DNA of 51,046 nt from Desulfobacteraceae bacterium (GTDB taxonomy: Bacteria > Desulfobacterota > DSM-4660 > Desulfatiglandales > HGW-15). A program made the translations under genes and the position numbers. Shown piece by piece: positions 46,410 through 51,046 of the stretch. Position 1 is the first letter of the stretch. Each line of letters starts with the position of its first letter. Under the pieces are notes generated by a model. The model saw only the letters and a list, made by a program, of their open reading frames with translations. It was not told the DNA's origin and did no database searches. The stretch spans positions 1 to 51,046 of the forward strand of contig JASFQI010000001.1 in the NCBI GenBank assembly GCA_050115555.1, in the 5' to 3' direction.

Positions 46410-46667
46410 TTTCCATCCAGAAATGGCTCTTTTCCGCAATCTCTGTGTCAATCATCGGGATTCCTTGTGCGACGTACTAAAGTACGTCTCCGCGTAATCC
46501 CTCGATTTGATTCGGGCCATCCGTGGCCCTCACCCTTCGGGTCCCGCCATCGGCGGGCTCCAATTCCGCTTTCCTGCGGAATTGTCCTTGATCTTGCGAA
46601 AAACTTCTCATTTCTGAATTGGAAACTCGCAAGTGCCCGAAAAGCATTTTTGGACGGGCACTCGCTA
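46406..46667 (+). repeat. MITE-like structured repeat, copy 2 (long form)
   Basis: Starts ctagtttccatccagaaatggctcttttccgcaa. The inverted arm is ttgcgaaaaacttctcatttctgaattggaaact (about 46594-46627). It is followed by the hairpin agtgcccg(46632-46639)/cgggcact(46654-46661) and then ctag (46664-46667). A ~75-nt insert (about 46510-46586), absent from copy 1, is made of stacked stem-loops (gggcca/tggccc, cccgcc/ggcggg, caattccgc/gcggaattg). Confidence 0.75.
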
Positions 46668-46938
46668 GGGGATTCCCGATCTCACCAATGGGGCTCGAAC
46701 GATCCGGGAGCGGGCGTTCCTCCTGTCGATCACAGTGCACACCGGCGATTTCGGCATTTCTCTTGCATAAGTTACGGTATCTCAGTCCCTTAAAAGGAAA
46801 GGAGTCGCGTTCTCCTGGTGCCGTGTTGCGGTTTCTGCCTGTTTCGTGCCTGTGGAGGCGCTTCCTTTGTCATGGAAAGAAGGCGCATTCCGCGTACGAT
46901 TTCCGAGCGCAACCGGTCCGGGCGTGCGTTCTTTGGCG

Positions 46939-49371
46939 ATGCCCATGTCCCATCCAAAAACCATCGGACGATTTGACGTCGTAAGGGTCCTCGGAAAAGG
47001 ATCCCAGGGCGTCGTGTACCTGGCGCGGGACCCGCGTTTGGAGCGTTTCGTGGCGGTCAAGACGATTCGAGTGTCCTCGTCCACCCTGAAGACCCAGCAG
47101 AACCGGCTCATGCGGGAGGCCAAGCTGGTCAGCCGCCTCCAGCACCCGAATATCATTCCCCTGTACGAGGCCGGCGAGGACGAAGGGCTCCTCTTCCTGG
47201 TCTTCGAGTACGTAGACGGCATGAGCCTGGGAGAGCGGATCGAGAAGCAGGGCTCCCTTGGTGTTCGCGAAGCCATCGATCTGATGATTCAGATCCTGGC
47301 CGGCATTCAGAACGCCCACGATCAGGGCATCGTTCACCGCGATCTCAGCCCATCGAACATCCTTCTGGACAAAAACGGGCTTCCCCGCATCATGGACTTC
47401 GGGATCTCCGTGATGGTGGGCGTTGATGAGAGCATTCAAAAGGATGTTTCCGGGACTCCGTGCTATATGTCACCAGAGCATTTTTCCAAGGATCCTGTCA
47501 CGGCCCAGTCGGACATCTTTTCCCTGGGGCTCATTTTTTACGAGATGGTCCTGGGCCATCCGGCGGTCCAGGCGGACAACTACGTAGCGGTCATGTACAA
47601 GATCGCAAGCGAAACGCTTCCTCCACCCTCCCTGGAAAACCCGGACATCGAAAGAGGCCTGGAAGAAATCTTTCTCCGGGCCGTGGAAAAAAAGAGGGAC
47701 GTGCGATACGCCTCGGCCGCGGCCATGCGCGAGGACCTGGAGCGCTACCTGGTGGAGGATGAGCGGCAGCAGGAGGAGACGGCTGAGGCGGCATCTTCCC
47801 ACAGCACCCTGGAGTTCCTGCTTCGAAGGATTCGACACAAGGGCGATTTCCCGACGTTCTCCAAGAACATCATGGAGATCAACAACAAGGCCTCCGTATC
47901 CCGGGCCAACATGGCTTCCGCATCCGAGCTCGCCAACTCGATTCTGAAGGACTACTCCCTGACCAACAAGCTTCTCCGGCTTGTGAATTCCGCCTTTTAC
48001 GGCCAGTTCGCCGGATCCATCACCACGGTATCCAGGGCTGTAGTCATCCTCGGATTCGAGCAGGTCCGCATGGCCGCCTCCTGTCTCATGCTCTTCGATC
48101 ACATGAAGAACAGCTTCCACACGGTGGAGCTCAAGGATGCGGCCCTCCAAAGCTTCATGAGCGGCCTGGTCGCCAAGGACCTGGCCGACGGCACGGGATT
48201 CGAAGGAAGTGAGGAAGCCTTTATCTGCTCCATGATCCACAACCTGGGGCGCCATCTTGTGCTGTGCTATTTCCCTGAGGAGTACCAGCAGATCCAGAGC
48301 CTGATGGCCTCCAAAGGGAAGCGCGAGGCAGCGGCTGTCCGGGACGTTCTGGGTATTTCTTATGAAGAGCTTGGCATGGGAGTGTCCCATACCTGGCATT
48401 TTCCGGATCGGATTGTCCAGAGCATGAAGGCCCTCCCCAAAGGCAAGGCCGGCAGACCGGCCTCGGATGTGGAGCGCCTGCAACATCTCTCCAGCTTTTC
48501 CAACGATCTCATCGAGGCCACCACCTCGATGGAAGGAGAAAGAGGACGGAAAAAGCTGAAGGAAATTCTCGATCAATTTGAGGAATGCTTTCCTTTGAAC
48601 GAGAAACAGCTCTCGAGGCTTTTGAGCAGGACCAAGAAGCGCGTGGAGGAGTTTTCAGATGTGCTCGATATGAACCTGGAGCAGAGCCGCCTCATGCACC
48701 GGCTGGCAAACCGCTCAGGGGACCCGGAGGCCACTCCAGAGTTCGCCGAAGCCGCCCTGAAATCCCGCGGGACTTCGACGACGGCTGGGAACTTTATGGA
48801 CACATCGGAGATCGAGCTTCCGGCCGGGTATGCGGGAAATGGAGAAATCCCGGACCTTCAAAGCATCCTGATCAACGGTATTCAGGACATCACGAACACC
48901 ATCCTTGGAGAATACGATCTGAACGACGTACTGACCATGGTTCTGGAAACCATGTACAGAGGCTTGGCCTTGAAAAGCGTGATTCTGTGCATCCGCGAGG
49001 GAGGCCGGCCCGTCATGGCCGCGCGAATGGGTTTCGGCAAGGACGTGGAGGCGGTGTCCAGCGCCTTCCGGTTCCAGATCAATGGAAAAACACGGGACGT
49101 GTTCGGCCTGGCCGTAACCCAGGGGAAGGACATTACCATCAGCGACGCGAAGGATCCCCGAATCCGAAAGCGCATCCCCGGCTGGTACTACGAAGTCGTG
49201 GGCGACCCTGCATTCGCGCTGTTTCCCGTAATCGTGGACAAGCGGCCCTTTGGACTCTTTTTTCTGGGCCGGGAAAACACCGGGAGTCTTTTCGACGAAA
49301 AGAACATCAATTATCTCAGAACGCTTCGAAATCAGGCTGTCCTGGCCGTCAAGCAGAAGCGCAGCGCATAG
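46939..49371 (+). CDS. Ser/Thr protein kinase - HDOD - GAF multidomain protein
   Basis: Trimmed to the ATG at 46939. Kinase motifs: LGKGSQGVVYLA, AVKTIR, HRDLSPSNILL, DFGIS, GTPCYMSPE. The central region (LANSILKDYSLTNKLLRLVNSAFYG..ITTVSRAVVILGFEQVR) is HDOD-like. The C-terminal ~170 aa are GAF-like. Confidence 0.9.
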   Translation: MPMSHPKTIGRFDVVRVLGKGSQGVVYLARDPRLERFVAVKTIRVSSSTLKTQQNRLMREAKLVSRLQHPNIIPLYEAGEDEGLLFLVFEYVDGMSLGERIEKQGSLGVREAIDLMIQILAGIQNAHDQGIVHRDLSPSNILLDKNGLPRIMDFGISVMVGVDESIQKDVSGTPCYMSPEHFSKDPVTAQSDIFSLGLIFYEMVLGHPAVQADNYVAVMYKIASETLPPPSLENPDIERGLEEIFLRAVEKKRDVRYASAAAMREDLERYLVEDERQQEETAEAASSHSTLEFLLRRIRHKGDFPTFSKNIMEINNKASVSRANMASASELANSILKDYSLTNKLLRLVNSAFYGQFAGSITTVSRAVVILGFEQVRMAASCLMLFDHMKNSFHTVELKDAALQSFMSGLVAKDLADGTGFEGSEEAFICSMIHNLGRHLVLCYFPEEYQQIQSLMASKGKREAAAVRDVLGISYEELGMGVSHTWHFPDRIVQSMKALPKGKAGRPASDVERLQHLSSFSNDLIEATTSMEGERGRKKLKEILDQFEECFPLNEKQLSRLLSRTKKRVEEFSDVLDMNLEQSRLMHRLANRSGDPEATPEFAEAALKSRGTSTTAGNFMDTSEIELPAGYAGNGEIPDLQSILINGIQDITNTILGEYDLNDVLTMVLETMYRGLALKSVILCIREGGRPVMAARMGFGKDVEAVSSAFRFQINGKTRDVFGLAVTQGKDITISDAKDPRIRKRIPGWYYEVVGDPAFALFPVIVDKRPFGLFFLGRENTGSLFDEKNINYLRTLRNQAVLAVKQKRSA

Positions 49372-49487
49372 AATCGTTTCCATCCAAAAATGCTATATTT
49401 TGTCCTCGCCTGGCTCCGACTCCCCCTGGGGTGGGTTCTGATTCACATGTCAGGGTGAGAAGGAAAATTTCTCATTGCTGAATTCAT
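49372..49487 (+). repeat. MITE-like repeat, copy 3 (degenerate/short)
   Basis: Four nt after the kinase TAG comes gtttccatccaaaaatgc. The right arm is gaaaatttctcattgctgaattca (about 49464-49487). Both ends match copies 1 and 2, but the interior is unrelated and the terminal ggaaac is lost. Confidence 0.45.
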
Positions 49488-49514
49488 GTGGGGAGAACGC
49501 AGGGAGGTGTCCCT

Positions 49515-50411
49515 TCAGGTGGCCTCCTCAAAGTGGATCGTATCCGCAGCTTCGGATTCGGCCTTGACTCCCGGAGAAAGGACCCCGGAACCGTACAGGA
49601 CGATCTGATCGCGCAGCAGGTGCACAAACTCCCCGTTCTGAAAGGAGACATAGGTTCCATTCGAGCTCTTGTCCGAGAGAAGGAATGTGCCGCCCCGGTA
49701 CTCGATACGCGCATGAGAGCGAGAGACATGGGTCCCCGGGAGCACAAAGTCATTTTTAATGTCCCGGCCGACGGTAACCGTAGGGCGGAGCGGGCCGATT
49801 CGAATTCGCTGGTCGCCGAATCGCAACTCCATGGATGCCTCGGCGACCGGGGAGATCAGCGCGTGATCGGCGATGATGGTCATATCACACGCCTCCCAGA
49901 TCCATTCGTAGATGGGGATTTCTTCGGTTTTTCCCCGAACAGGGATGCGGCCCAGGAAGCGGACCGACGCCTTTTCCGGCTCAGCCAGTGCTTCCATCAC
50001 GTTTTTGCTCATCAGGATCTGGCGCTGCTTGGCGAGCTTCACGAGCCTTGCCGCCACGTTCACGGCGTCACCGAAAACGTCGCCCCCCTCACGAATGACG
50101 CGGCCTGCATGAAGGCCCACGTGAAGGTTGGGGGACATGCTCCGGTCCTCACCGGCCGGGACGGGTTTCTCCAGGGATGCATGCATGGCCCTGGCTGCCT
50201 CCACCGCCTCCCGGGCTTCGGGAAAGGTACACATCACCTCATCCCCGATCGTCTTGATCACGGTGCCGCGGTGAAGAGCCGTGACCTCGGAAAGACGCCC
50301 GAGACAGATGGAGATCAGGTTCTGAGCCGCCTGGTCCCCGAAGATCTCGTAGAGACGCGTGCTCTGCGCGATATCTGCAAACAGAATGGTGAGGAAGACC
50401 TCAGCGTTCAT
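49515..50411 (-). CDS. Class III adenylate/guanylate cyclase with a C-terminal FHA domain
   Basis: Trimmed to the ATG at 50411 (MNAEVFLTILFADIAQST). Cyclase motifs: FADI..ST, KTIGDEVM, GLHAGRV, GDAVNVAARL. FHA region: VTVGRDIKNDFVLPGTHVSRSHARIEYRGGTFLLSDKSSNGTYV. Confidence 0.85.
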   Translation of the reverse strand: MNAEVFLTILFADIAQSTRLYEIFGDQAAQNLISICLGRLSEVTALHRGTVIKTIGDEVMCTFPEAREAVEAARAMHASLEKPVPAGEDRSMSPNLHVGLHAGRVIREGGDVFGDAVNVAARLVKLAKQRQILMSKNVMEALAEPEKASVRFLGRIPVRGKTEEIPIYEWIWEACDMTIIADHALISPVAEASMELRFGDQRIRIGPLRPTVTVGRDIKNDFVLPGTHVSRSHARIEYRGGTFLLSDKSSNGTYVSFQNGEFVHLLRDQIVLYGSGVLSPGVKAESEAADTIHFEEAT

Positions 50412-50556
50412 TGTGCGGATCAACACTGCAGCCCCAGGCAACGCCCACCGATGGCCATGGGATGCAATGGCTCCTTTGCATTTGGAGTGACGGGTCCATC
50501 CCCCGCTCCGGCCGGATGGCGCAGGGAAACGCATCCCCCTGCCGACTTCCCTTTTG

Positions 50557-50573
50557 AGCAGGAATCGTGCCAG
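50557..50573 (-). promoter_or_regulatory. Candidate sigma-54 promoter upstream of the FHA-cyclase gene
   Basis: The reverse strand reads CTGGCACGATTCCTGCT, which matches YTGGCACG-N4-TTGCW except for C in place of the first T of TTGC. Spacing is correct. It lies ~145 nt upstream of the ATG at 50411. Confidence 0.4.
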
Positions 50574-50644
50574 GGGCCCGTGGAAGTTTTTCAAAAGAAT
50601 TCCGAACGGTTGGGGTCAGGATGAACGGGACGGGACGGAGCCCG

Positions 50645-51046
50645 TCAGTTTCCTGACGCCCGCGGTCCGGAGACGAAACGTTGAATCGCCTCCGCCTGTT
50701 TCATCGTGGATCGGTACCCCTGGTCGATGGTCCGGTTGATTTTTCGACGGTCCCGGGTGATGAAACCGGCCGGTGGAAGGCGTTCCGGGCAGAGGACCAT
50801 GGCCTTGGGGTCGGATCCATGACTCATGAAGGCGAGGCGTGCGGTTTGCTCATTGTAGCGCTTTGCCGAATCCAACAGGGTGTTCAGAATCCAGTCATGG
50901 CGGCTGAAGTACCGCCACAGGAGCACACGCTCCAGTAGTCCCGGGGGTTCGCAGGTGGCCTGAAGGGGGCGGGAGAGAACGGCCAGGAAGCGGCTCGCGC
51001 CGATCTCGGAAAAGCGCCTCACAGGCAGGGGATCGACCGCGCCGCC
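50645..51046 (-). CDS. Hypothetical protein, C-terminal part (frame stays open to the right edge)
   Basis: ORF 50645-51022 begins with a GTG, and the frame remains open through 51046, so the gene may start outside the window. No family recognised. Confidence 0.4.
   Translation of the reverse strand, partial: GGAVDPLPVRRFSEIGASRFLAVLSRPLQATCEPPGLLERVLLWRYFSRHDWILNTLLDSAKRYNEQTARLAFMSHGSDPKAMVLCPERLPPAGFITRDRRKINRTIDQGYRSTMKQAEAIQRFVSGPRASGN

Noticed and set aside
46816-46829. Sigma-54-like motif tggtgccgtgttgc upstream of the kinase gene.
   Set aside because: The GG-to-GC spacing is one nucleotide too short for a -24/-12 promoter, and the -24 box is degenerate.
46949-46963. 15-nt identity (cccatccaaaaacca) between the kinase N-terminal coding region and the small hairpin loop of repeat copy 1 (1289-1303).
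   Set aside because: A single 15-mer match is about what chance predicts for all-against-all comparison of a 51-kb window on both strands. The flanks do not align.
1-51046. Searched for CRISPR arrays, tRNA/rRNA genes, transposases or integrases, reverse transcriptase/DGR repeats, and toxin-antitoxin pairs.
   Set aside because: No regularly spaced direct repeats and no cloverleaf-like or rRNA-like segments turned up in the spacers I read. No ORF has recombinase, RT or toxin motifs. The repeat elements found are non-autonomous.

Overview
This is a gene-dense, high-G+C 51-kb chromosomal window with about 45 protein-coding genes. I could find no rRNA, tRNA, CRISPR array, transposase or phage genes. 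The gene content suggests an anaerobic Desulfobacterota/deltaproteobacterial-type organism (a syntroph or sulfate reducer), but that is inference only. All family calls come from reading motifs in the supplied translations; no database search was run.

Left to right, the window contains:
1. A ~10-kb minus-strand hdr/mvhD/metVF redox locus (296-10377). It also encodes TusA-like and DsrE-like sulfur-relay proteins, a small winged-helix-like protein and a tandem pair of unrecognised Cys-rich paralogs. A near-consensus sigma-54 promoter drives it, and a PAS/AAA+ sigma-54 activator is encoded divergently next to it.
2. An acyl-CoA synthetase / lysine-acetylation operon (12248-19638): acs, a second Acs-like ligase, a small GNAT, an HDAC-type deacetylase and a CoA-transferase::Pat-type-GNAT fusion.
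3. Housekeeping genes: ybaK-like, class II aldolase, yhaM-like, 2-hydroxyacid dehydrogenase, moaA, two lipoproteins, rpoH, tyrS, rodZ-like, two parvulin chaperones, mfd.
4. An alpha/beta hydrolase, a GlcD-like oxidase and an HpcH-type aldolase.
5. A translationally coupled MoxR-DUF58-membrane protein-unknown operon.
6. A Ser/Thr kinase-HDOD-GAF protein lying convergent with an FHA-containing class III nucleotide cyclase.

The best candidate for something undescribed is the composite Hdr/MetVF + TusA/DsrE + Cys-rich paralog locus under sigma-54 control.

The non-coding layer is also notable. There are at least four families of short structured repeats. One is a ~185-260-nt MITE-like element present in three copies, each starting at or within four nucleotides of the TAG stop of the gene it follows. 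One copy sits inside the metV-metF spacer and two bracket the kinase gene.
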